DNA from: Desulfobacterales bacterium
GTDB taxonomy: Bacteria > Desulfobacterota > Desulfobacteria > Desulfobacterales > UBA5852
Assembly: GCA_963674755.2 (NCBI GenBank)
Contig: CAXXVS010000001.1
Coordinates: forward strand, 1,239,777-1,303,776
Reading direction: 5' to 3'
DNA length: 64,000 nucleotides
Numbering within the stretch: position 1 is the stretch's first letter; every line of letters starts with the position of its first letter. Below are positions 50,740 through 59,563 of the stretch, piece after piece. The translations under genes were made by a program, and so were the position numbers. A model generated the notes under the pieces. That model did not search any database. It saw only the letters and a list, made by a program, of their open reading frames with translations, and was not told the origin of the DNA.

Positions 50740-51694
50740 AGTTATAACCTACAGGATTTTTAAATATCTTACAACGAATAAATGCATCAACTGTCAATAT
50801 ATCAACACATAATTCTAGTTCGTCTATAGGAATATGGACATAATTTGAACTTGCAAGGATTTTATTCTTTATTGCATCAAGTACAGAAAAGAAAACATCA
50901 TCTGGGTTTTCATTATTCTTAAATCTCAAATATTCCCGTTTAAACACGGCGAGAACTGAATTGCTTTTATTTTTCCCTAAGCTATCGAATTCAGAATATT
51001 TTGCATCAACCTTCCCATGATACAGGCTATACTCTTCAACTAAAAGCTTTGCTGATTTTAATTCGTTATATTCAATTTTCCTTCCTATTTCAAAGTGACT
51101 TAAAGAATCAGGGTTGTTTACATCATCCCATTTTTCTTTTGCCAAAATATTGATTATTGATGCTAAATTAGAATCCAATTTAACAATATCTATTTCATTT
51201 CCGAGCTCTTTCTTAATAAACTGGTAAATTTGTTTTAGTCTTTCAATATCATCAGTTAAAATTGTATTGAGGATTGAAGTTACATCATAAATATCTTCAG
51301 ACGGATTAAAGGATATTAAAAATGGATTATTAAAAGTATGTTTTCTCAAACTCGAAGCATCTTTTGCAATTGAAATAAACTTAAATGTATAATTTTTATA
51401 TGTTTTAATTAAATTTTTCCCTAATGCTAATTCTACTTTAGGTTTAGTATTTTTTGCAGAAACTTGAACAACAATTTTGTTGGTATGGTCGATCAAATCG
51501 ATTGCTTCAATATTTTGAAGAGATTTGTTCATATTTTCTAACTTATAGTCATAAAGCAAATTAAAGAAATGAAGATAAAAATTTTCAGAATGCATGTGTA
51601 GGCTTAACATATTTAGTTTGCCATTAGTAATAATTCGATTGGCAAGGGTATGTATTTTCTCTTCGATGTAATTATAATATAGAATTCTATTCAT
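50726..51694 (-). CDS. SMEK-domain effector with ABC-3C C-terminal domain, LmuA-like
   Basis: HSENFY, AIDLID..VQVSA nuclease-like N-terminus; DAFIRCKIF C-terminal motif. Confidence 0.78.
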   Translation of the reverse strand: MNRILYYNYIEEKIHTLANRIITNGKLNMLSLHMHSENFYLHFFNLLYDYKLENMNKSLQNIEAIDLIDHTNKIVVQVSAKNTKPKVELALGKNLIKTYKNYTFKFISIAKDASSLRKHTFNNPFLISFNPSEDIYDVTSILNTILTDDIERLKQIYQFIKKELGNEIDIVKLDSNLASIINILAKEKWDDVNNPDSLSHFEIGRKIEYNELKSAKLLVEEYSLYHGKVDAKYSEFDSLGKNKSNSVLAVFKREYLRFKNNENPDDVFFSVLDAIKNKILASSNYVHIPIDELELCVDILTVDAFIRCKIFKNPVGYNYAAP

Positions 51695-51809
51695 TACTTG
51701 CCACTCGCCTTTTTGTTAGTAATTTTGTATCTTGGCATGCAACCTGAGGGAATTGGTTTTTACAAAGCAAGTTTTGATCATAAAATAAAGAAAAGCAATG
51801 ACAATTTTA

Positions 51810-52198
51810 TCAATCACTATTCAACGATATCGGCGGCAAGTTCTCCACTATCCCACGATGCAAATTGATGTTGGTATGCTGGTAAATCCGGGTTGTGGTT
51901 TCGGTGCGGGAGTGGCCGGCCATTTCGGAGACACCTTTAAGGTCGCCGCCGGCGTTTAACGCCGCCGTCACGAAGGCGTGGCGGAAGGCGTAGGGCGGCA
52001 ACTTGCGGTTGGGATCAATTTTGGCTTTGCGTTTGACCCGCTTGAACGCGCCGGCGATCCGTTTAATTGGTCTCCCGCGCCAGGTGATCAAATAGCGGCT
52101 GTCGTCGCCGTCTTTAGCCATTCATTGTTTTAGCATGCGGTTGAAATCCGCATTCAGCGAAATCAAACACGAATCGCAGCCGCCTTTGCGGTCTGTCA
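51810..52198 (-). pseudogene. Tyrosine integrase C-terminal relic
   Basis: YAFRH, AGHS, IYQH catalytic motifs; in-frame stop just upstream of 52121; N-terminus absent. Confidence 0.85.
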
Positions 52199-52832
52199 TA
52201 ATTGGGATTTGTAGGAAGGGAATGCCGGCTGCCTAAAGGGCCAATAGATTCAGGTATTGGAGCCCAATAGACTCGCTATCGCTTAACACACTGAAATTTA
52301 AAGGACAAGGGAAATTCATGATGAACCAGATGGTTAAGGAGCCCGTGACGTGTCTCAAAGATCTGGGAATTTCACTGATGAATTTCCGAACGGTTCTGAT
52401 CATGACCCGGCGTGGATTGAGTTGACGCTGTAGGAGGGGACAGGGTAGGGTTTGAATTGATTACCACACTTCATAATTAAAGAATGCTAAATGGGACAGA
52501 GTTATGCTCCCCAAAATCATAGGCATAATATTCGGCGTCCTGGCAGTGGGAATCTACGCTTGGAAGTTTAAAGAGACGCCTCTATGCCGCCCATGAATTA
52601 TGTTGCCGCTTGGCCTCGGCGTCGGGTACGCTGCGTTTTGGTTGGCTAAGAGGATGGTTTGAGGGTGAGGTCGTTGATCTATGGACGGGCGACGTGGGAG
52701 ACTCTACGTGGATTGGTTTGACGTTGTAGCTGCGTGATTCTGGCTCCATGCGCAGGAAGCTGCGCTTTCTCTTACCTGGGTTTACTTGGATATATAAGCT
52801 GGCTGGTGGGTATAGCGGTGGGTATTAAAAGA

Positions 52833-52866
52833 AGGGGGTTAGAGACGATGATCTCTAACCCCCTGT
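52833..52866 (-). terminator. Terminator-like hairpin after the tRNA 3' fragment
   Basis: AGGGGGTTAGAGA-cgatga-TCTCTAACCCCCT flanked by A/T tracts. Confidence 0.75.
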
Positions 52867-52872
52867 TTTGTT

Positions 52873-52895
52873 TGGCTCCCCAGCACGGACTCGAA
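52873..52895 (-). repeat. 23-bp duplicate of the tRNA-Asn 3' end (att-like)
   Basis: TGGCTCCCCAGCACGGACTCGAA identical to 55803-55825. Confidence 0.9.
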
Positions 52896-52929
52896 TCACG
52901 CCATTGGCGTGATTTCGGCCCCAGGACCT

Positions 52930-53277
52930 CAACCATTGCGGACTCGGTGGTTAATCCCGCCTCTGGCGGGACTCTGCCGACGTTTGGTCCTGAAGATACC
53001 GTGCAATACCGCGTTTTTTAATCTTACGCTCCAGCGATGTGGCTTCGCTGCGATCATCACAGCGGTGAGTCCAAATCACCTTCCAAGGGCCTGCGAACCG
53101 TTTGGTGGTCTTGGATAGCTTATAGTCTGGGTCGTTGTGCTGCCGGAGTCGCTGCTTGACATTGGTGCTTTGGCCGCAATAGTAGCGGTTGCTGACGTCG
53201 CTATAGAGGATGTACACCCAATAGGCCATAAAAAAGCCCTGCCGAATAGCCGGCAGGGCTTTTGTTTTTGGCTCCCC
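52930..53277 (-). repeat. 348-bp direct repeat copy B (tRNA 3' end, terminator, GIY-YIG, pseudo-tRNA)
   Basis: Colinear with 55464-55811. Confidence 0.92.
52951..53229 (-). CDS. Small GIY-YIG nuclease (92 aa), copy B
   Basis: WVYILYS..YYCGQS..RLRQHN..LERKIK. Confidence 0.9.
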   Translation of the reverse strand: MAYWVYILYSDVSNRYYCGQSTNVKQRLRQHNDPDYKLSKTTKRFAGPWKVIWTHRCDDRSEATSLERKIKKRGIARYLQDQTSAESRQRRD

Positions 53278-53451
53278 GAGTGTAACCCTCTTCACAGCAT
53301 TCTCCAATTGCCAGGAAACCGACAACTAATTGGAATTAAACAACTTTATAAATGACAGACAGTTTTCTCCAAGAGTAAGTGATTTAAGGGCATTTTCCAA
53401 TAATCATATACAGAATTATAGGCTTTGTGGTGCAAACCGTCGTTCCACTTT

Positions 53452-54333
53452 TTACTTTAGCTTGGCGGCGAGCCATTCCAATGCTCCCGGCGTCGTCTGC
53501 CATGCCGCTATATTTGCATAGGCATATGCCACAGCCTCTGAATCATCGCCAAAGCCGTAATGGTCCGGCAGGTTTCGTGGCATTTTCTTGCGGCCCAGGA
53601 GATAGGACGGTACGAACTTGTTTTCGGCCAAAGCGGCTTTGAGCGATGCGCCAGCCTTGGGGGAATCGCCGTACTTTCTGAAATCCAAGAGCAACCGCGA
53701 GTACATCCAGGTGGCCATGCCATCATCATCGAACTGTTTGAACAGTTTTTCAGCATCCTTGTCACGGCCGAGCTCAAGCAGGCATGGCATCAATAGATCG
53801 CGAATGCCCTGGTTGTCGTTTGGGTTGAGCCGCAGCAGATCCTGATAATGCTCAACCGCCTCTTCACGCCGGTCCGCGGCCCACAGACATTGCGCCAACC
53901 CTGCTCGCGCCCGCATGTAAGGCCGTGTTTCCAGCAAGCCCCAGAAATGGCCGACATCCTCAACGAAAGCTTGCTTTCCGATGGCGCGCTCGCCTGCTTC
54001 GACGCCCTTGGTGTACAGGTCGATGGCTTCTTCCACCGATTTTGCCGTTTGCTCGGCTAAAAAAGTGTAAGCGTCCGCACAATCCGGCGAGATCGAAAGC
54101 GCTTTTTTGGCCAGCACCACGGCCCGCTGGCGTGTCGGAGCCTCCCAGGCATCATACATGAGCTGCTGGGCCTCAGCCACTGCATCACTTTGCCGCCCCC
54201 CAGGGCCAATGCCCGCAAAGATACCTTCCATCGACTGCATGGAAGGAAATTCAAACGTCGCCGAGTTGGCAGCCTGCTGCTTTGGCTTTTTCCTGGCCCT
54301 TGTCTTTTTCTTGGCCGGCTTTTTCGTGCCCAT
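53452..54333 (-). CDS. TPR-repeat protein of unknown function
   Basis: AQQLMYDAWE, SPDCADAY, FWGLLETRPYMRAR, LNPNDNQGIR. Confidence 0.8.
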   Translation of the reverse strand: MGTKKPAKKKTRARKKPKQQAANSATFEFPSMQSMEGIFAGIGPGGRQSDAVAEAQQLMYDAWEAPTRQRAVVLAKKALSISPDCADAYTFLAEQTAKSVEEAIDLYTKGVEAGERAIGKQAFVEDVGHFWGLLETRPYMRARAGLAQCLWAADRREEAVEHYQDLLRLNPNDNQGIRDLLMPCLLELGRDKDAEKLFKQFDDDGMATWMYSRLLLDFRKYGDSPKAGASLKAALAENKFVPSYLLGRKKMPRNLPDHYGFGDDSEAVAYAYANIAAWQTTPGALEWLAAKLK

Positions 54334-54418
54334 TACATATCCTTTCCGGTTGGAAGAACTTACCTCCGTCGGCCGATATCCATTAAGCCAGCCGCCCTAA
54401 TAAAATCAGTTGGCAGCC

Positions 54419-55396
54419 TTAATTCCGACTGTTGATCAGATTGACGATTAGTTTGATCATTGTCTTTTTATCCGCAGGTTTGCTTTCGGCGATCATCAGC
54501 GTGATAGCCACCAGAGCATTGTCGGCGATCCGCTTCGTTCCATCTTTGCGGTAAAGCGCTTTGTTGCCCGCCAGAAAGGCAATAAACAGGGCGGCTGCAA
54601 TACGTTTATTGCCGTCGCTGAAGGCGTGGTTCTTAACCACGAAGTAGAGCAGATTGGCGGCCTTTTCCTCGATGCTGGGATAAAGTTCGTCGCCACCGAA
54701 AGTCTGATAGACTGCTCCTAATGCGCTTTTGAATCCCTGGTCCTTTTCAAGCCCGAACAAGCCGCTAAATCCGGGTTGCATGGCCTTGACGATCCCCATG
54801 GCCGCATCATAGGTCATGATGTATGGTGCCGGACGTGTAACCTCCTCGATGACCAAGGTCCCGTGATCGAAACGGTCCAGTGTCGTCAAGGCATAGGCAT
54901 AATCGGTGATGACGTTCAAAAGTCCTTTGGCTTCATCCAGGCCGATGACCTGGTGAGCCAGAGTCTTTTCCAACAGACCGACGGTGCGGCGCAAATCTGC
55001 CATTTTCTGTTCCTGCTCCTGAAGCCGCTTTTCATTGAGGGTGAATCCTCGCACAAGATGCTCCCTCAATACATTGGTGGCCCAGATGCGGAACTGGGTG
55101 CCGCGTTTGGATTTGACCCGGTAACCCACTGAAATAATGACATCAAGATTGTAAAAGCCAACCTTGCGTCTGACTTGCCGCCCTCCTTCATTTCGAACTA
55201 CCGAGGATTCCTCGGTAGTTCCCTTCCGGGTCAACTCACCTTCCTTGTATATGTTGCGGATATGCAGGCCGATGGTGTCCGTGTCCTTGTCAAACAGCTC
55301 AGCCATCTGACGCTGGTTGAGCCAGACCGTTTCACGGTCCAACTGTACTTCGAGTTGCACCCCTCCGTCATCAGATTGATAAAGAATCACATCCAT
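54419..55396 (-). CDS. RhuM/Fic-Doc family protein
   Basis: ETVWLNQRQMAELF, VGYRVKSKRGTQFRIWAT, Fic/Doc motif HAFSDGNKRIA. Confidence 0.9.
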   Translation of the reverse strand: MDVILYQSDDGGVQLEVQLDRETVWLNQRQMAELFDKDTDTIGLHIRNIYKEGELTRKGTTEESSVVRNEGGRQVRRKVGFYNLDVIISVGYRVKSKRGTQFRIWATNVLREHLVRGFTLNEKRLQEQEQKMADLRRTVGLLEKTLAHQVIGLDEAKGLLNVITDYAYALTTLDRFDHGTLVIEEVTRPAPYIMTYDAAMGIVKAMQPGFSGLFGLEKDQGFKSALGAVYQTFGGDELYPSIEEKAANLLYFVVKNHAFSDGNKRIAAALFIAFLAGNKALYRKDGTKRIADNALVAITLMIAESKPADKKTMIKLIVNLINSRN

Positions 55397-55484
55397 CAAT
55401 CCGGCTCCTTTTCAAACGAGCTCAAATTCGATCTTAACGCGTGAGGATCTTGTCGTTTTCGGCCAACCATTGCAGACTCGGTGG

Positions 55485-55763
55485 TTAATCCCGCCTAAGG
55501 CGGGACTCAGCCGACGTTTGGTCCTGTAGAAACCGTGCAATTCCGCGTTTTTTAATTCTACGCTCCAGCAATGTGGCTTCGCTGCGATCATTACAGCGGT
55601 GAGTCCAAATCACCTTCCAAGGGCCTGCGAACCGTTTGGTGGTCTTGGATAGCCTGTAGTTTGGGTCGTTGTGCTGTCGGAGTCGCTGCTTGACGTTGGT
55701 GCTTTGGCCGCAATAGTAGCGGCCGCTGACGTCGCTGTAGAGAATGTACACCCAATAGGCCAT
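55485..55763 (-). CDS. Small GIY-YIG nuclease (92 aa), copy A
   Basis: 84/92 aa identical to copy B. Confidence 0.9.
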   Translation of the reverse strand: MAYWVYILYSDVSGRYYCGQSTNVKQRLRQHNDPNYRLSKTTKRFAGPWKVIWTHRCNDRSEATLLERRIKKRGIARFLQDQTSAESRLRRD

Positions 55764-55798
55764 AAAAAAGCCCTGCCGAATAGCCGGCAGGGCTTTTT
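55764..55798 (-). terminator. Intrinsic terminator of tRNA-Asn (duplicate at 53230-53263)
   Basis: AAAAAGCCCTGCCG-gctatt-CGGCAGGGCTTTTTT on the minus strand. Confidence 0.85.
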
Positions 55799-55802
55799 AG
55801 TT

Positions 55803-55878
55803 TGGCTCCCCAGCACGGACTCGAACCGCGGACTCGGTGGTTAACAGCCACCTGCTCTGCCGACTGAGCTACTGGGGA
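55803..55878 (-). tRNA. tRNA-Asn(GTT)
   Basis: 76-nt cloverleaf TCCCCAG...GGTGG-CTGTTAA-CCACC...GGTTCGAGTCC...CTGGGGAGCCA with encoded CCA. Confidence 0.97.
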
Positions 55879-56071
55879 ATAAATTTTAAGGCCAACAATT
55901 GGCGCGTTGCCGCTTCCCGAGACTCGGTGGTTAATCCCGCCCCTGGCGGGACTCTGCCGACTGAGCTACTGGGGAATAAATTTTAAAGCCAACAATTGGC
56001 GTGTTGCCGCTTCCCGAGACTCGGTGGTTAATCCCGCCCTGGCGGGATTCTGCCGACTGAGCTACTGGGGA
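55879..56071 (-). repeat. Two tandem 96-97 bp units, each a palindrome-substituted 5' tRNA-Asn fragment plus a 42-bp spacer
   Basis: 55921-55975 and 56018-56071 = tRNA nt 1-24, then TCCCGCC-N2/3-GGCGGGA, then nt 35-48. Confidence 0.92.
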
Positions 56072-56140
56072 TCAGATCGAAAGAATTGCTAATTATCCAA
56101 CCCCCCCTATTCTGTCAAGCAAAAATTAAACAGCCTCTAT

Positions 56141-57934
56141 TTAAGAGATATCCACCTTGCGCACCCGCAGATGCAGCTCCTCCAACTGGGCGGGGCTGGC
56201 CTCCGAAGGAGCGTTGGTGAGCAGGCAGGCTGCGCGCTGGGTCTTGGGAAAGGCGATCACGTCCCTGATGGATTCGCTGCCGCAGAGCATGCTCAGGATG
56301 CGGTCCAGGCCGAAAGCGATGCCGCCGTGGGGCGGGGCCCCCGATTCCAGGGCCGAGAGCAGGAAGCCGAATTTTTCCTGGTATTCGGCCTCGGGAAGCC
56401 CCAGGGCCTGGAAGACCGCTTTTTGCATCTCCGGCTGGTGGATACGGATGCTGCCCCCGCCGATTTCGGTGCCGTTCAGCACCAGGTCGTAGGCCCGGGA
56501 ACGGACCTTGTCCGGCTGGCTGGCCAGCAGCGGGAAATCTTCATCCAGCGGGGCCGTAAAAGGATGGTGCAGGGCCTCGTAGCGTTTTTCGTTCTCGTCG
56601 TATTCCATCATCGGGAAATGGGTGATCCATACGAAGCGGAATTTCTGCGGGTCGATGAGGCCCAGCTTCTGGCCGAGGTGGTTGCGCAGATGCCCCAGGG
56701 ATTCGTTGACGATTTTGGGCTGGTCGGCCACGAAAAAGACGATGTCGCCGGGTGCCATGTCCAGGCGTTCGGTCAGGGCCGCTTTTTCCTCATCGGAGAA
56801 GAACTTGGCGATGGGGGACTGCCAGGCATCTTCCTTGACCTTGATCCAGGCCATGCCCTTGGCGCGGTAGACGGCCACGTATTCGGTCAGATCGTCGATT
56901 TCCTTGCGGGAAAAATGGCTGCAGCCCTTGGCATTGAGGGCTTTGACGATGCCTCCGTTCTTGACCACATTGGCGAAGACCTTGAAGTCGGAGCCGGCTA
57001 CGATATCGGAGAGTTCCTTGAGTTCCAGCCCGAAGCGCATGTCGGGTTTGTCCAGCCCGAAGCGCTCGATGGCTTCGGCATAGGTGAGCCGCTCAAAAGG
57101 CGGTTTAAGCGTCTGGCCGATGGTATCCCGGAAGAGGGTCGCTATCAGGCCTTCGCTGATCGCCATTACGTCCTCTTCGCCGATAAACGACATCTCCATA
57201 TCGACCTGGGTGAACTCCGGCTGGCGGTCCGCCCGCAGGTCCTCGTCCCGGAAGCATTTGACGATCTGGTAATAGCGGTCGAACCCGGAGATCATGAGCA
57301 GCTGCTTGAAGAGCTGGGGGGATTGGGGCAGCGCAAAGAAACTGCCCGGGTTGACCCGGCTGGGTACGAGATAGTCCCGGGCCCCTTCCGGGGTGCTACG
57401 GGTGAGCACCGGGGTTTCGATGTCCAGAAACCCTTCGCCGTTCAGAAAGGAGCGAATACTGGCCGTGGCCTTGTGGCGCAGCATGAGATTCTTTTGCAGG
57501 GCGGGGCGGCGCAGGTCCAGATGGCGGTGTTTGAGCCGGATGGTTTCGGAGGCATCCACGTTGTCTTCGATCATGAAAGCCGGTGTCTGGGCCGCGTTGA
57601 GGATCCGCAGTTCGGTCACCAGCACTTCGATTTCGCCGGTGAAAAGCTGGGGATTGGTCATGCCTTCCGGGCGGTGCTCCACCTTGCCGCGTACCGCGAT
57701 CACGAATTCGTTGCGCAGCACCTGGGCCTTGTCGTGAACTTCCGGGCTGACGGTGGGGTTGAAGACCACCTGGGTGATGCCCTCCCGGTCCCGGAGATCC
57801 ACGAAAATAACCCCGCCGTGGTCCCGGCGCCGTTGAATCCAGCCCATCAGGATCACTTCGCGGCCGATGGCTTGCGCGGTGAGCTCCCGGCAATGGTGGC
57901 TGCGTCTCATTGTACCCAGTATGTCTTCAGTCAC
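56141..57934 (-). CDS. aspS: Aspartate--tRNA ligase, probably non-discriminating (Asp/Asn)
   Basis: [38 protein letters not shown]. Confidence 0.96.
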   Translation of the reverse strand: MTEDILGTMRRSHHCRELTAQAIGREVILMGWIQRRRDHGGVIFVDLRDREGITQVVFNPTVSPEVHDKAQVLRNEFVIAVRGKVEHRPEGMTNPQLFTGEIEVLVTELRILNAAQTPAFMIEDNVDASETIRLKHRHLDLRRPALQKNLMLRHKATASIRSFLNGEGFLDIETPVLTRSTPEGARDYLVPSRVNPGSFFALPQSPQLFKQLLMISGFDRYYQIVKCFRDEDLRADRQPEFTQVDMEMSFIGEEDVMAISEGLIATLFRDTIGQTLKPPFERLTYAEAIERFGLDKPDMRFGLELKELSDIVAGSDFKVFANVVKNGGIVKALNAKGCSHFSRKEIDDLTEYVAVYRAKGMAWIKVKEDAWQSPIAKFFSDEEKAALTERLDMAPGDIVFFVADQPKIVNESLGHLRNHLGQKLGLIDPQKFRFVWITHFPMMEYDENEKRYEALHHPFTAPLDEDFPLLASQPDKVRSRAYDLVLNGTEIGGGSIRIHQPEMQKAVFQALGLPEAEYQEKFGFLLSALESGAPPHGGIAFGLDRILSMLCGSESIRDVIAFPKTQRAACLLTNAPSEASPAQLEELHLRVRKVDIS

Positions 57935-57997
57935 TGCGATGACTCCTTGTTGTCCGAAAGATGGGAAAATACGATCGTGCGCGGTCGTGAAGGGGGA

Positions 57998-59269
57998 TCA
58001 GCCGCCGCTGTTTGGGAAACGTTCCAGCAGGCGGTCGGTCACCTCCGGCACCGGAATGTCGACCTGTTCTTTGCTGGCCATGTCGCGCAGGGTGACGACG
58101 CCCTGTTCCAACTCGTGTTCCCCGACGATCAATACGTGGGAAGCCCCCAGTTTATTGGCCCGCTTCATCTGACTTTTAAGGCTCTTGTCGCTGAATTCCA
58201 TATCCGCGGCAATACCGGCTGTGTTCAGCCGGCTCAGCCACTGGAAGGCCTGCTCCCGGGCCTGGTCGCCCAGGGCCGCAATGAAGAGGGGCGGACAGGG
58301 AAGATCCGGCTGGCGCCGGAGGCCGACGATTTCGGCCAGGCGATCCAGGCCGATGGCAAAGCCCGTGGCCGGAATGTCAGGTCCGCCCAGCGCACGGGCC
58401 AGGCCGTCATAGCGTCCGCCGCCGGCAATGGCGTTCTGGGCGCCTAAGGCACCGGTCTGGATTTCAAAGGTGGTGCGCACATAATAGTCCAGGCCCCGCA
58501 CCAGACGGTCGTCCACCATATAGGCCACCCCCTGGCTTTCCAGGGCGCGGCGCACGGTCGCGAAGTGCTCGCGGCATTCTTCGCACAGATAGTCCGCCAG
58601 GGCCGGCGCGCCGATGGTGGCTTCGCGGCAGCCGGGCACCTTGCAGTCCAGCACCCGGAGGGGGTTGGTCGTGCGGCGCCGCTGGCAGTCGCTGCACAGG
58701 GCGCCGCTGGCGTTTTCCAGGAACGCCATCAGGGCCTCCCGAAAAGCCGGGCGGCACTGGGGGCAGCCCAGAGAGTTGATATGGGGCTCGGCGTCGTCGA
58801 CCCCCAGGGCGGTCATCAGGTGCACGAGCACCAGGATCAATTGGGCGTCCACATAGGGCGAGGTCAGCCCGAAAATTTCCGCATTGATCTGGCTGAACTG
58901 GCGATAGCGCCCTTTCTGGGGGCGTTCCCGGCGAAACATGGGGCCGATGGTGTAGAATTTATGGACCGCCTCCCGGGCGTAGAGTTTGTGCTGCAGGTAG
59001 GCCCGCACGATACCGGCCGTGGCTTCGGGCCGCAGGGTCAGCAGATCGCCGCCGCGGTCCTGGAAGGTATACATCTCCTTCTCGACGATGTCCGTGCTCT
59101 CCCCGATGCTGCGGGCAAAAAGTTCGGTCTTCTCCAGCATGGGCAGCCGGATCTCCCGGAAACCGAAATGGCGGAAGATCCGTTTGGCCTCTTCTTCGAT
59201 GCTCTGCCAGAGTTCGGTCTCCCCAGGGAGGATATCCTTGAAGCCTTTGACGGATTGCAGGGCTGCCAT
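57998..59269 (-). CDS. hisS: Histidine--tRNA ligase
   Basis: LRPEATA, FRRERPQKGRYRQF, RGLDYY, GGGRYD. Confidence 0.97.
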   Translation of the reverse strand: MAALQSVKGFKDILPGETELWQSIEEEAKRIFRHFGFREIRLPMLEKTELFARSIGESTDIVEKEMYTFQDRGGDLLTLRPEATAGIVRAYLQHKLYAREAVHKFYTIGPMFRRERPQKGRYRQFSQINAEIFGLTSPYVDAQLILVLVHLMTALGVDDAEPHINSLGCPQCRPAFREALMAFLENASGALCSDCQRRRTTNPLRVLDCKVPGCREATIGAPALADYLCEECREHFATVRRALESQGVAYMVDDRLVRGLDYYVRTTFEIQTGALGAQNAIAGGGRYDGLARALGGPDIPATGFAIGLDRLAEIVGLRRQPDLPCPPLFIAALGDQAREQAFQWLSRLNTAGIAADMEFSDKSLKSQMKRANKLGASHVLIVGEHELEQGVVTLRDMASKEQVDIPVPEVTDRLLERFPNSGG

Positions 59270-59563
59270 TATTTTCGTCGCTCTTTTCCCAGAAATGGCA
59301 CCGCCACGCTTTTCCCCGGATCGTGAATCCGATGGGCGGCGGCTTTGATTAAAATCATATTGTCTATATTAACTCCAACCTGCAAGTCAACAGCGTTGTT
59401 GGCCCCGTCAACGTCGAAGACCGCGGGTCTTCCGCCCGGTCCCCGGCGGCGGGAGGGGGATGGACATTTCAGGTGGAATCCGCTAAAAGCCAAAGTTTAG
59501 CGGATACTTACATCGAATCTTGCCCGCGGCCCTTGCCGGGCCTGGCTGAATGGAGGCGTGACC

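Larger units (their letters stand above)
55464..55811 (-). repeat. 348-bp direct repeat copy A
   Basis: Colinear with 52930-53277. Confidence 0.92.

Noticed and set aside
45463..53286. Shared 11-mer CCGAGTGTAAC as island att sites
   Set aside because: 11-bp matches are expected by chance in 64 kb.
55879..56071. CRISPR array interpretation of the repeat-spacer units
   Set aside because: The repeats are tRNA-derived, the spacers are near-identical, and there are no cas genes in the window.
55921..56071. Additional functional tRNAs or intron-containing tRNAs
   Set aside because: They lack the T-arm and 3' acceptor strand, and the anticodon stem is replaced rather than interrupted.
56171..58447. 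758-aa plus-strand ORF (and similar long antisense ORFs such as 3358-4641 and 42188-43399)
   Set aside because: Antisense shadows of well-supported genes in GC-rich DNA.
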